A DNA stretch of 33,000 nucleotides from Octopus sinensis (Eukaryota): the NCBI RefSeq assembly GCF_006345805.1, contig NW_021832232.1, forward strand, positions 31,001 to 64,000, read 5' to 3'. Positions within the stretch are counted from its first letter, which is position 1; each line of letters begins with the position of its first letter. Below are positions 1 through 11,560 of the stretch, piece by piece. The notes below the pieces were generated by a model. It made no database searches, was not told where the DNA came from, and worked only from the letters and a program-made list of their open reading frames with translations. Position numbers and translations under genes: made by a program.

Positions 1-945
1 TTATTAAGAGGAATATAATTCGTTTCAAAATATTCTACGACTGCGCCAACAAGATCTTCACCACGGGTTTGACCCTTTAGAGGCAATAATGCCAAAAGTT
101 CTTGCCTCAGGAAACCTCGAGACACATAACGAACAAACAGAGACACCTAAGTATGACATGAACAATGATACTTGTGCAATGTCATTTATATCACATGATT
201 CATCTATTGCTATTGAAATTGAATTAGACAATTTCATGTCAGAAACTTGTTGAACAGATACATTCGAAGACATCTTAAAAGTCCTGTCGGCTACTATTTT
301 CGCAGATAAAGGTATATTCATTATCTTATTCACGATTTCTGCCTTATTTGAAAAATCGTGAAAAAGTTCTTCAGAGGTTTTAATGAAACATGCCTTTATA
401 AATTCGCCATCGGTAAATGGTTTTCCCCTTTTTGCGATCTCGTGGCTTATCAAAAAACTGGCAATATTTGCAGTCCTGGCATTGTGATACCAATATTTAA
501 AAGCGAAATTCTCAATCTGATTATTCTTTGCAAGTTCTTCTACAGCTTTCTTTCGGGAATCACCAATTGGATATTTTTTGCGAAATTTGAGTGTTTTGTG
601 TTAAAGTGTCTCTCTAAATTTGACTTTTTATTTTGATTCAAAGTTTCCTGGCAAATGAGACATTTCGGTAGTTGTGTTTGAAGACGTGAATGCAAAATTC
701 AGTCCATTTTGATTGAAAATGTCGCGCATTATCGATTTTTTATTAATTTTTTATTGCTAGGAATATATCGATGTACCACAAAAAATTAATGTTAAACGTG
801 CAAAGATTTTTTGTTATTAACAAAACAAAAAAAATAGTTAAAAATTAAAATCATTTATTAAAAAAAATAGTTAAAAATTGAAAGAGCCTACCGTAAGAGT
901 TAAAGAGCCTTCAAAGGCTCGCGAGCCTGCTTTTGCCGACCCCTG
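1..945 (-). mobile_element. hAT (Buster/SPIN-type) DNA transposon, 5' part with frameshifted transposase
   Basis: Minus-strand peptides across frameshifts: RHFQSKW, PKCLICQETLNQNKKSNLERHFNTKH (BED-like finger), SHEIAKRGKPFTDGEFIK, SIAIDESCDINDIAQ (first catalytic D) and QELLALLPLKGQTRGEDL. The terminus CAGGGGTCGGCAAAA ends at 945, with subterminal GAGCC/GGCTC repeats (884-927). The flank 946-953 ctaTAggc fits the Buster nnnTAnnn target. The other end lies outside the window. Confidence 0.9.
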
Positions 946-1480
946 CTATAGGCAATAAACTCTGGAATTCTGAGAATAATTAATACCCTGTAAAGCCAAA
1001 AATCTGGAATTGAAATTTTTTTAATTTTTTGGTGAATGATCTCAGAAACTTCATCTATGGAATTGAAATTGAGGGCAAAAGTTATTACAAATGTGGCAAG
1101 GCTTATTCTCTTAACTCGAAAAACTAGTGAGCATCATTTCTAGTAAAATGAGTTACAGCGACTCAGAAGATCCGTGAGTCATACAGAGCTTTACTCTGAT
1201 CCTCGATTTTTTCGATGTCTATCATAGTTGTGAGTTCTAAAGAGAGGCCATTTCAATTTCTGTGATATGTTTAAAGCAGCCAAGTCGTCAATAAGACCAA
1301 AATAAAGAACGGCAAAATTATCAAAAAATTTGTTTATTATTTTTTCAAACAATTCAAAGTTATACTGATTTGAATTAAACAAGGTTTTTAAATTATAATA
1401 TTATTGGATTTATAAATTGTTTGTCATTTTATATTCCCAGTAAAATAATAAACAATATAATTTATCGTGCATTGAATTTA

Positions 1481-2645
1481 ATGTCGTTGCGATACTCAAA
1501 AAGATCTATGTGTCAATATATCCAACTTTTATTAATAATTTTAGTGTGAAAGTGGACAATGACCAAACAACAGACGATTTAGAGAAGGTCGATGACCAGA
1601 GCATATTCCGGTATCTTATTAATTATATTTTAACAAGATTTGTCCTCCCTTTAGACTGTGCCTGTTTTGCAGGGAACGAAGGAAACACTCTTTCTGAACG
1701 AATCAACCAAGATTTGGCAACTATCAAACTTCTCCCGCCATTCAATAATAATGAGAGGGTTAGGACATTTCAACACGGTGATAGATTGTCGATATTCGCG
1801 GAGATTTGAAGAATTGTGAGAATTCACTTCGCAATTTCTTTGAGATTCTTTTTGAGGAAGAAAAGTCTGTTTTTTGGGCAAGAATCCTACTTCCATTAAA
1901 AATTTTACATACATATTTTGGAGGGTTAAGAAATATGATTAATGTTCCAAAAATTCTCGAATCTTTCAGCCAAGATACAGTTATTAGACCAATCAGGTTC
2001 GGAAATCGATATAATTTATTAAATTATTATTTTTAGAGACAAAGTCAATAGCGAGTGACGACGTCTAATCTGGATGATCTCGTGGGCCTTATTCTCAAAA
2101 TATGTAATGGGGCCAAGGAAACACTTTCTCAGAACACTTCTGAGTCGACATATGTTAAATATTTCACTTCCACTCCGGTGACAACAAGATTTATGTTATC
2201 ATGTGTTTGGGACGGTTTTGAGTCAGACGTTTTGCCTGTGGTTTCGAAGAGGTCTGGAGCTACTCTTAAGGTTGTGATATTTATGTTATTTATATAGTTT
2301 TATGGTCCTCCGGAGAAACATGAGCCATATGTTGTTATTAAAGGCTCGCTTGAGTCTTAGTGGAAGGCTCAGTTTTTATTAACTTCGTGGATTCAACAAA
2401 AATCTGAGCAAACATCTTTTTCGAGTCAAATTCATGTCCCGCATTCGGCTTATCTTCCGATCAATGGCCGTAATGGGCGGAATCTTGCATTTTTGTCGTC
2501 CAGAACAGGCTCGGAAATTCAACTGATAGAAAGGAGGAGACGTGATCCGCTTATTGTTGTTTTTCGAGGGAAATTTGAGTCAATTTTGAAAGCACAGATC
2601 CACATATGGTCCATTGTATTTGCACATGTCGACCTTAGTAAATAA
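1481..2645 (+). CDS. IGF2BP/Imp-like four-KH-domain RNA-binding protein with in-frame TAG (possible pseudogene); start uncertain
   Basis: After removing short GT-AG introns (e.g. 1778-1803, 2271-2297) the KH segments read GNEGNTL..ERVRTF and SKRSGATLK|FYGPP..VVIKGSLES*WKAQFLL..IHVP..GRNGRN..VFRGKFESILKAQ. These match the Imp KH3-KH4 pattern G-x-P-E-x-Q-W/F-K-A-Q. TAG at 2358-2360; probably a second TAG at 2049-2051. Confidence 0.65.
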
Positions 2646-2799
2646 TGGTTCAATTTTACGGATTTCTTTTTTATTTTCTGATTTTTATTATGTCTTAGAC
2701 AAGCTTTTTAACAAAGCGAGACCTAATTATTTTCAGGCGTTTATGCGATGGGGTACCGAGCTTAAAATTTAGTGTCAAAAACAATTGGAAAGCGAAGCA

Positions 2800-3001
2800 T
2801 GTTTTGACGTGTTTGCCACTATCCTTACATGCATGTTGTTAGAGCAGTATATTCGGAAATCCATATTGGACATGAAAATCAATCCATCTGCAACTAACCA
2901 TTACAATCAAATAACAATAAACACATCAAATAAAATTAATTAAATTTAAAAATATTTTTGGACCACCTAAAATTTTATGGGTACCACGTTAAGAAACACT
3001 G
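2800..3001 (+). mobile_element. 3' end remnant of a second Buster-type hAT element
   Basis: The terminus reads CAGTGTTTCTTAAC on the minus strand and ends at 3001. It is followed by atcTAgat (nnnTAnnn). No partner end or matching TSD was found. Confidence 0.5.
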
Positions 3002-3035
3002 ATCTAGATGACATTTCTAAACGTGCCAAGAAATT

Positions 3036-4023
3036 TAGTGAACCCTCGCAAATTGGCCATTTCTAGTACATGAAAATTTTATGACCAATTTGAAAAAAAA
3101 TCAATACTTAAAAATAAAATTTAATCCACAATTCCTTTCTATTTGCCTGTTTTAGGTTAGATTAATTTAAAATCTTAAAACAATTTTGAATTGTTTCAGC
3201 AGATACGTCACCCCAACCCATATTAAAAACAAAATTGTTTTAATGTCAATTTTCTGTATGAAATGTATAAAATATTTTCAGCCTCGAGCAAATCGGTTAA
3301 GTATTGCAGCTTTTTTCTCATGAAATAAGTCTTGAATGATTTTATAATTCTAATAGATGTAATCCAGTATATTTTTTTAATCTTACTACAATATAAATTT
3401 TGAGAGATACAATGTGCATGAAAGTGTTTAATTAGTAATAAAATTTTCTTCTTTTCAATTTTGAGCTGGAGATCAAAATTAATAATCCAATCAATAAAAA
3501 TAGATCCAGTCATCCATGCTTTCTGTGAGCTATAATATGAGATTAGATATCCATAATCAAAATTTCTAAAGAATCTAGGCATTTTTGGTTTTCCAATCAT
3601 AACTGGATTAATTTGTGACTTCCGGTAATGTTTGAACAAGGCATACTTGACAACAAGAATTAATGTCAATTATTTTATCAGTTTGCATCTCTCCGTGTAA
3701 TTTTAGCATTTTAAAATCATGTCACTTTTTGAATTTTGTCTGAAATCCGTTGGAATTTTTATTTTCTAGTTAAAAAATAAATTGGTGGATCAATTAATAT
3801 CGATTAATCGAAGGGAATGCCAGAGGCCTGCCGGATCGCCAAACTGTTCCCCCGGATAACGGCGATCGAGAACCGTTGCAATAGCCAGTCCATCTCTCGA
3901 GGATCATGAGTACAAAAATAAATTAAAAAATTGTGGCCAATTTGAAAATTGGCCAATTTATTCAGAAAATTAATTTTTCTTAGTTAATTGTTTAAAAATT
4001 GGCCAATTTTTGAGGGTTCACCG
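3036..4023 (-). mobile_element. pogo/Tigger-type transposon, internally deleted
   Basis: 24-bp TIRs at 3036-3059 (tagtgaaccctcgcaaattggcca) and 4000-4023 (RC cggtgaaccctcaaaaattggcca), 20/24 identical. TA follows the right end, and there are subterminal TTGGCCAA repeats. ORF 3223-3669 has DDE_1-like motifs IGK-PK-PR-F, KAWMTGSIFIDW and KKILLLI, with decayed catalytic residues. Confidence 0.85.
3784..3913 (-). mobile_element. CRE-clade retrotransposon copy A (extreme 5' truncation), nested in the pogo element
   Basis: Minus strand encodes HDPREMDWLLQRFSIAVIRGNSLAIRQASGIPFD*. An 11-bp direct repeat aaaaataaatt lies at 3773-3783 and 3914-3924. Confidence 0.85.
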
Positions 4024-4689
4024 TATTCTAAACATATATGTTGAAGATTTTTGATTGCCTCGACACAGTAAGGTAAAATGAAAACCAAAGAATTAACGAA
4101 ATACCTAAGGATCTCTGATTACTTTATTTTCTACACAGTTCTGTGGAGAATGCCTGTCTGATGCTCAGATGTCACGTCTTCATGAAACCGTTTGGAGAAG
4201 AATGATCATTGCGAAACTTGTAAAATTAAAGATACAAAACTAACTTTGTCAAAATATTAGACGATATGAGTTTTGTGTCGGAGAATTTTAATAGATTTAG
4301 TCCAGCTGTTTTTGATGCAATGCTAACTTCAATCACAGTTTAAATTAATTACATCAATCAGAAAGTCTCCTTAAAAATATTATAAGTTCATTTGGTTTTT
4401 ATTTTGCCTTAAACTCCAAAAGAATGCCCGTACATTTCATAGTTTAATTTCCATTTACCTAGAGATTCTGGTAACGAATTATATGATAAATAATTAATTC
4501 ATACTATATTAATATTTGTGCTGGTTTAGAAATTTCAAGTCAAAAATTTATCGTCGTAAAGAGAATACCTGTTGAGGTCGAAATTAGGAAACCAAAAAGT
4601 CTTGAAATCTAATTTAATCCGAGGAATAAATTATTTTAATTTAGATGTAAAATATATATAGTTTCATTTATTGAATAAATATCATAAGT

Positions 4690-7465
4690 ATGGTGCTATC
4701 GTTGTTGAGGAGGCATATTATCCGTAAGTATTAAATATACATAAATATATTCATAAACAATTAAACGATAATTTTAGAGAACTTTACTCGACTTGCATCA
4801 GCAAATGCCGCCGTAAAAACCGTGGATTATCGGAACTATCAAGTCAGTAACATAGATCAGGTTGCCGTCGTCAAAATGGACTGTGCGAATTCGCCCGTGA
4901 GGACATTTTATTGTTTAGCCACATAGGTAAATGTCCTCAACCAAGACTCCATCAAAGAACTCGTTAAAGTGCTAGAAGCATGTTTTATGGATAAAAATGT
5001 CTTTTCACTAGTTTTTATCTCCAACAAAGAGAACAACTTTATAGCGGGTGCTGATATTAAGTATAATATCTCTAAATCTATATTGTCTTTTGAAAAATGT
5101 CAAAACTCCGGAAGAAGGGACTGTCATGGCTAAATACCTCCAGTCCGTTTTCCAAGTCATGAGTGAAAGTCCTAAACCAATCGTTTCAGCAATCAACGGA
5201 TCTTGTCTTGGAGGGGGTCTTGAGGTTATTTGATATGGAGTTATGTCATCAGTTTGTGCTGGCAACAGACTACCGAATTGCTGTTAAGTCTCCAAAAACT
5301 CTTTTGGGCTTCCCCGAAGTGATGCTGGGTATCATTCCTGCAGCTGGAGGATGCACTCGTTTACCAAGAAGAGTATATTTGATATATATTTGTAGATTTC
5401 TCTGATTGATTCAGTCGATTTGATTACAAGCGGACGGCGAGTGAGTTCTCTGACTGCCAAAAAGATGGGCCTTTTAGACGAACTTATCGACCCGCTTGGT
5501 AACTGGACTTGAATATTGTGAAAGGTCCCGGGGATAAGTCAGACTTTGAAAAAACCACAGACTACCTTCAAAATATTGCAGTTGATATTGCCCGGTAATT
5601 TTTCGACCATTTTGAATTTGATAGGTCTTTGGCCGACAGAGAACAGCGCGGGCTTTCGAAGGGAACTCTGAAGAAGGAAGGGTGGTTGGAAAGTGAGTTA
5701 TTTGCTGTCATTTTTAGCCATTACAAAGTATTACATGCCGCCATATTTGAGAAATAAAGTCAACGATTATTTTTACGAGAAAATTGTCACCCCCAAAATA
5801 ATGAAAGCGACGAGAGGCAAGTACCCTGCCCCACATCTTGCGATTGAGGTTTGTTAGGTTTTAATTAATTTAATCAGGCAATTCGACAAGCGACGGAGGT
5901 TGGATTTGAACAGGGACTTGAAACAGAGGCAAATGTTTATTATCTTTACTAATTCCAAGTCATTCGGGATTTTGTCGAATTCGAGAGAATCTCGTAGTTT
6001 GATGAATATTTTTGAAGGGAGGAATATTTGCAGAAAGAACCCGTATGATTTGCCTTCGACCTCTGTTGAGTAATTTTTACTTTTTAAAACAAGTCAAATT
6101 GGTGTTGTTGGAGCAGGATTAATGGGAGGCGGAATTGCCCACGTTTCAGTGGAAAATGGATTTATGTGTTCACTATTTGACCTTTCCCCTGCAACTATAA
6201 TCGAAGCACAGAACAGAATCGAGAATGATCTCGCGAATAAACTATCAAAAAGAAGGATTTCCTTGTATTCGTTGGTTAGTTATGTTTTAGTGTTGATAAA
6301 GGTGTTATATTGGACAGAATACAGCCAGTGTCATCATTGAAAGCATTTAATAACTCTCAAATGGTGATTGAAGCCGTTGCGGAAGAATTAAATGTGAAAC
6401 ATGCAGTTATGAAGGAACTCGAATCGGTAAAAAATGTAATCTGTAGTGTAAGATTGTGGGAGATAAATGTATCCTCGCTACCAATACATCTGCACTTTCC
6501 ATTGCAAAAATTGCACAAGTTTGTAAAAGACCAGAACGAGTGTTGGGAATGCATTATTTTTCTCCTGTCGATAAAATGGAATTGTTAGAAGTCGTTTATC
6601 ATTCTGGGACGTCGAAGGAGGCTCTTTCAATAGCGTGTGATGTTGGACTAAGGCAGGGCAAGACACTGATTACTGTCAAGGATTCTCCTGGATTTTATAC
6701 TACCAGGATAATAATTACAGCACTTTCTGAGTGTTTTGACCTTATTGGGGTTCATTATGTATATTTGAATTTTAGAGTGGAGTTGAGCCCGACCGAGTTA
6801 ATAAAGTCACGTTGAAGGCGGGCTGGCCTCAGGGATTTGTGGCTCTGTCTGACCTAATTGGGTTAGATGTGGCATATCATGCTTATTCTACGGTGGCTAC
6901 TGCCTTCCCTCATTTGGCTAGTAGAACGGCTGAGGAGTTGTTAAGTGGAATGGTTTCTAATGGATATCTGGGTCGATTTTGTTTGCTTTATACTTGTAGG
7001 AAAGAAGGCTGGAAAGGGGTTTTATACATATTCAAAGACGGGAAAGACTGATGCTATGAATTATTTTGCGGTTAAATCTGTTAAGAAGTACTGCGAAGGG
7101 AAACATTCCTCGTTTGTTTTATTGATGTTGTATTCTTGTAGTCTATCAGATGATGACATATCCCTCAGAATATTTCTAAGAATGATGAACGAGGCTCACC
7201 GATGTTATGAGGAGGGAATCATTACTTCGACTGTATTTTTAATTAGTGATAATTGTGTAGACTGAAGGAGATATTGGTGGAGTTTATGGAATTGGATTCC
7301 CTCCTTTTATGGGAGGTATTTGTGAAATTGAGTGGTTTTGTAGGTCCGTTTTCAGCGGTTAATTATCTTGGGAAGGATAATGTGAAGGCGTATATGGAGA
7401 GATTCGAGATGTCTTATGGTCCCTCGTTTTCTCCATGTAAAACATTTAAAGATGCCTATCAGTAG
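4690..7465 (+). CDS. HADHA: Mitochondrial trifunctional enzyme alpha subunit (enoyl-CoA hydratase / 3-hydroxyacyl-CoA dehydrogenase), 19 exons
   Basis: Splices into one frame with FIAGADI, AINGSCLGGGLE, PEVMLGIIPAAGG, GVVGAGLMGGGIA, ATNTSAL, GMHYFSPVDKMELLE and GDIGGVYGIGFPPFMGGP; stop TAG 7463-7465. Introns: 4724-4777, 4897-4926, 5061-5085 (GT-TG), 5225-5252, 5373-5395, 5499-5524, 5595-5624, 5693-5717, 5849-5877, 5935-5959, 6070-6093, 6265-6290, 6427-6452, 6750-6775, 6972-6999, 7112-7141, 7233-7260, 7316-7343. Confidence 0.97.
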
Positions 7466-7754
7466 TCATTAACCATCATACTAACATTTAATGATACTCT
7501 ATTTGGTACTTTAATCTATTCGTTATTGCCTTCTTTTTGTCGGAATTACTCATTTTTACTTTCTCCCATAAGATATTTTTGCGCGAATTGCTTATAGTCA
7601 GATACATTTGGAAGTTTCGAATAAAATTAGATGCAAAAATGTACTTGGTTTGTGATATGTTTTTTAGGGTATCGATTTGATTATTCTTTGTTTATATTCT
7701 TGTATGAAAGCTTGTTAGCATAAAATTTTTACAAGGTTGCGGGCTTTTTTAAAC

Positions 7755-9020
7755 TTCCAAAACTCAGTGTAAAAAACGCCAGCTGGCTCAAACACTGGAG
7801 CGTATCTCCCAACTGGGCGCACATGTCGGGCTATTCCTTATAAAAAATTACCTATTCATCCCCCGCCTAACCTACTTATTCCGCTCGTCTCCATGCTTTC
7901 GGGAACCAGACCTCTTGTCCGACCTGGACTCCGTAATCTGGAAGTCAGTTGGGAAGCTTCTTAATGTTGACTTTGGCGGAGACCAACTTACCCGCGCAAT
8001 GTTACCCCTCCGTTTCGGAGGCATCGGTATCCGCTCGTGCAAAGACATTTCTATCCCATGCTACCTATCTTCGCTCTCGGCATCAAGAAATTTTGTCAGT
8101 TCTGTTCTTTTTCGCTCCCCTGAACGTTTTGAACTGGCTGAATTTTCTTCTGCCCTCGCTGCCTGGACCGCCTCAGGTCTTGTCTTCCCTGTGGAGGATC
8201 ACTTGCAGAGGAGTTGGGACTCCATCCGCTGCAAAGAGGTGGTAAAGTCCCTTAAAGGAAGCGCCGATCAAGTTAAACTCGCCTCGTTGAATGCAGCCTG
8301 TCACCCGCATTCTGGAGACTGGTTGAAAGCCATCCCTCTGTCCACCGCTGGCCTTCTCTTGGATGATGAATCGACTCGAATCGGGACCTGTCTTCGTCTG
8401 GGAATTCCCCTTTGCCACCCTCACCGGTGCAAGTGCGGCCACATGATTGACCCCGATGGTCTCCACCCCCTTTCGTGCCGCTTAAGCACCGGGCGTATCC
8501 CGAGACACGCTGGCCTGAACCATGTCGTTAAACAGGCCCTCAATGCCGCAGGCTTCCCTTCTGTTCTGGAGCATGCCGGCCTCGACCGTGGCGACGGCAA
8601 GCGTCCAGACGGAATGACGGTCTTTCCATTCTCGGAGGGGAAATGTCTCGTTTGGGACGTTACCTGCGCGGACACCTTTGCCCCCGGGACCGTTGCTCAG
8701 TCTGCGTCCTCCCCCGGCTTCGCTTCCCGTCGGGTTGAGGAGACGAAGCGGAAGAAATACGCCTCTCTCCCACCAAATTACCACTTTGTCCCGATTGCTG
8801 TGGAGACAAGTGGAGTGATAGGGACGGCCGGAGTGTCGCTTCTGACCGAAATTGGGAAGTGCATCCACAAGTGCACGAAGGACCACCGCCAAATCAGCTG
8901 GCTGTACCAGAGGATATCGATCGCAATCTTGCGAGGTAACTCGCTTGCAATCCGAGGTGCAGCCACTGCTGACACTTAATTAGCTATTTTGAAGAACTCT
9001 TTTTATTCAACTATTATTTT
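7755..9020 (+). mobile_element. CRE-clade non-LTR retrotransposon copy B (5'-truncated; RT thumb plus restriction-like endonuclease), ORF intact to 8979
   Basis: The frame is stop-free from 7753 to 8979. It carries IPRLTYLFRSSPC, LPLRFGGIGI, a zinc knuckle CKCG..H..SC, RHAGLN, KRPDG..WDVTC (PD..D nuclease), KRKKY, FVPIAVETSG and QRISIAILRGN. No TSD was found. Confidence 0.9.
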
Positions 9021-9444
9021 TTGAATAAAAATCTGTATTAGATTAATGAACAAATATTGAAGCAGATGTCGACAATATAATTCCCCAAACGTAAATCTAA
9101 ATTGATATTTTATTGATGTACAAATTATATATTTGGGAAAATCTTTATGTTAGGAATACACTTCAAAAGCTTTTACACTCCTCTCGAGAAAGAGTTGGTT
9201 TTTAACGGATATCGATAGCGATATTTTGTGGAAATTGCCTGTCCATCCGCTGTGGGTCTAATCTAAATTAAACTTTTCTTTTTTTAATATCTCAACTTTA
9301 TTATTACAAATTTAAAAGGACAACTTTTGTTTGTCTGTTAAAAATGCACAAATTTATAATATTTGATCGTTTGATTAAAATTAAAAGAAAATTATTTTTT
9401 TCCCAACAAAAGTGACTTCAAATTTTGAATTCTGTAAACGTTTA

Positions 9445-10607
9445 TTATTTATTTAAAAATAATCGTGTAGCCTTCCACGTAGCTCGTGATCTTTTTCCTG
9501 CTCGAATTGCTTTAAAGTTGTACGAAACTCCATAAATCAAAACCGACCTTAAATCTTCTGGACTTCCATCAACGACTTTTCTGTCAATAAAGACATGCTC
9601 ATGATCTCCCAGATCTATTATTCCCCAAAATTTTTCAATCCTGTAAATAGGCCCACATGATTGTATTTCTATATCTTCTTGATATTCGTCATATTCTGAA
9701 TAACATTTAACCAAAATAGGCTGGTGATCTGGAACTATATTAACTAATTCGTCTTCCTCTGAAAAATCTGTAATAAATATTCGAGGATTATCAAATATCA
9801 GAATTTTAAGCATGTTTTTACTAATTGGAGTTTTTTCCTCATTATCGCAAAATTTTAAATATAATTCCCAAAGTTCTGAAAATCTTAATGGTGTATCCAT
9901 AACATTTTTAAGCATCTGAATTATTTGATTATCGCTGAATTTAACATTTATCGGCTTGTCATTTTTATCTAAATTTTTTTTTTCAATTACCTGAAGAAGT
10001 TGAATCTTTAATTATTTTTGAATAATTAATTTTAAGTCGAATAAAGTTTCCATTTAAATCAAAGCCAAAATTACAATCTTAATAAAATGGCGAAGAGATT
10101 TGATAGAATTCACATATTTAAAGCATTCTGGAGAAAGCTAAGTTTAAATAGGTATTTTCCATATAAAACCTTGTTTTTCAATTCATGAAAAATAGAATCA
10201 ATTGATACCCATGATGAATCAGATTGCCTTAGCTTCCAGTTAATAAAAATATAGATATCTAGTTGAATTTCATCAAAAAAGAATCCTTTTTGGTTGATTT
10301 GTTTATGAGTTGAAGGTAAAATATCATTTTCAGATTTTACAGAAATAATAGCTTTGTATTTAACATTGGAATTTCTGATTTCAAAAAGATCTGGATATTT
10401 TTTTACTACGTTTATTAAATCTTCTTCTGAATTTATTTTCTTAAAATTATTTCTTATTTTCTTTTTCAATATATCTACAAAGGTTAGAACACAAATGTAA
10501 CTCAAAATATCTTTAAACGAGACTTGGTCTTTTGAGAATAGAATTTCCAATAAATTTATTACAAAAGAATATTCGTTGTCTAATTCATCGCCGAAACCAC
10601 AATTCAT
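9445..10607 (-). CDS. Winged-helix plus cold-shock/OB-fold protein resembling lin-66/Egalitarian-type RNA-binding proteins; boundaries uncertain
   Basis: Two ORFs joined by short introns. They contain repeated helix-turn-like units (LINVVKKYPDLFEIRN) and a C-terminal IYRIEKFWGIIDLGDHEHVFID..DLR..FKA..WKAT OB-like module. There is an apparent 1-nt frameshift near 10078. Family assignment is from memory only. Confidence 0.45.
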
Positions 10608-11299
10608 TATCTAAATAATTTAAATGTTATATATTTTTAAAATCAGGACAAATGAAATATTATGTTTCTAAATAAGTTTAATATTAAAACATTGAAAAAC
10701 AGCTGATACATTTATTAGCTGATTAATTTACCTGAAGCTATTCAACAAATTAAAGCTTTCAAATAATGTATTTTATTGGAAATACTTATAAATCAATTTG
10801 TCAATAGTTATATAGATTTTTACAAATTATTATTACTCTAACTTCCAGGTGTTTTAAATAATAATTGATTTAAAAATTCAGCTCCAAAAATTGTATTTTA
10901 AAAGAGTGTGGAGAATTGTAAGAACTTGAAAAATTTGTCAGATTTAATTATAGCTGATATTTTTTTTTGAATTTAAAAAAATCTAGAAAAATATTATATC
11001 GATCAAATTAGGCTATTAATTATGACTTATTTGTCATTGTAGCTTTCTCTAATGAACTTACAAACACGTATTTTTCTGTTTTCACAGAAAATTTACCGCA
11101 TTAAGTACTTTAAAAGGGTTTAGCAACAGTTTTAGTGTCTCTGAATTTTATTATAGTTCTTTTATTCCTCGATTGAGCAGAGTACTATTCCCATGAGTTA
11201 ATGTTATTTATATTCTTAGGAATTATGCTTGTTTTCTTAATTCTTATAGTCAAAAATCTTAGGAAGTCTGAAAAGTCCTTCTAAAGAGTATTTATTGAG

Positions 11300-11560
11300 A
11301 TATCCTTAACTTTGGCATTATTTATCATATATGGCTCTTTCGTAATTCTGCATTTCTACATCTCGCTTTTTCTCCATTTGCAAGTTTCTGATTTGAATTT
11401 ATTTTCATTTTTAAGAATATTCGGTTTTCTTTTTTATCATACACAAATAAATAGAATTTGTTATTTTCGACTATTTTATCCGTTTTAATAAAGTTATAAA
11501 ATCTCATTTCAACTGCTTCCTTAATAATTACGTCTTTTAATCTTATTATTTTTTGCTTCT
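11300..11560 (-). mobile_element. Possible decayed R4-like RLE retrotransposon fragment
   Basis: VENNKFYLFVYDKKENRIFL..EKAR..EL loosely resembles the IFVYDK..IEVGI..EK-HKY motif of the element at 22050-22770. Confidence 0.3.

Noticed and set aside
1148-2645. Genome-wide TAA/TAG=Gln code, suggested by up to five in-frame TAR codons if the KH gene starts at ATG 1148
   Set aside because: HADHA, SRM, MPI, DENR and PIFO have no internal TAR, and PIFO ends with TAG exactly at the conserved C-terminus. The three upstream TAAs disappear if the start is ATG 1481.
946-3001. KH gene captured inside a hAT (Pack-type) element
   Set aside because: Both hAT termini face the same way, and no partner TIR or atctagat TSD was found to the left of the gene.
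4040-4620. Possible small gene between the pogo element and HADHA (FCGECL motif; intron-like segments on both strands)
   Set aside because: No splice combination gave a consistent open frame.
7949-8975. Several overlapping or antisense ORFs in the CRE copies and in HADHA
   Set aside because: They are shadows of GC-rich coding frames with no recognisable motifs.
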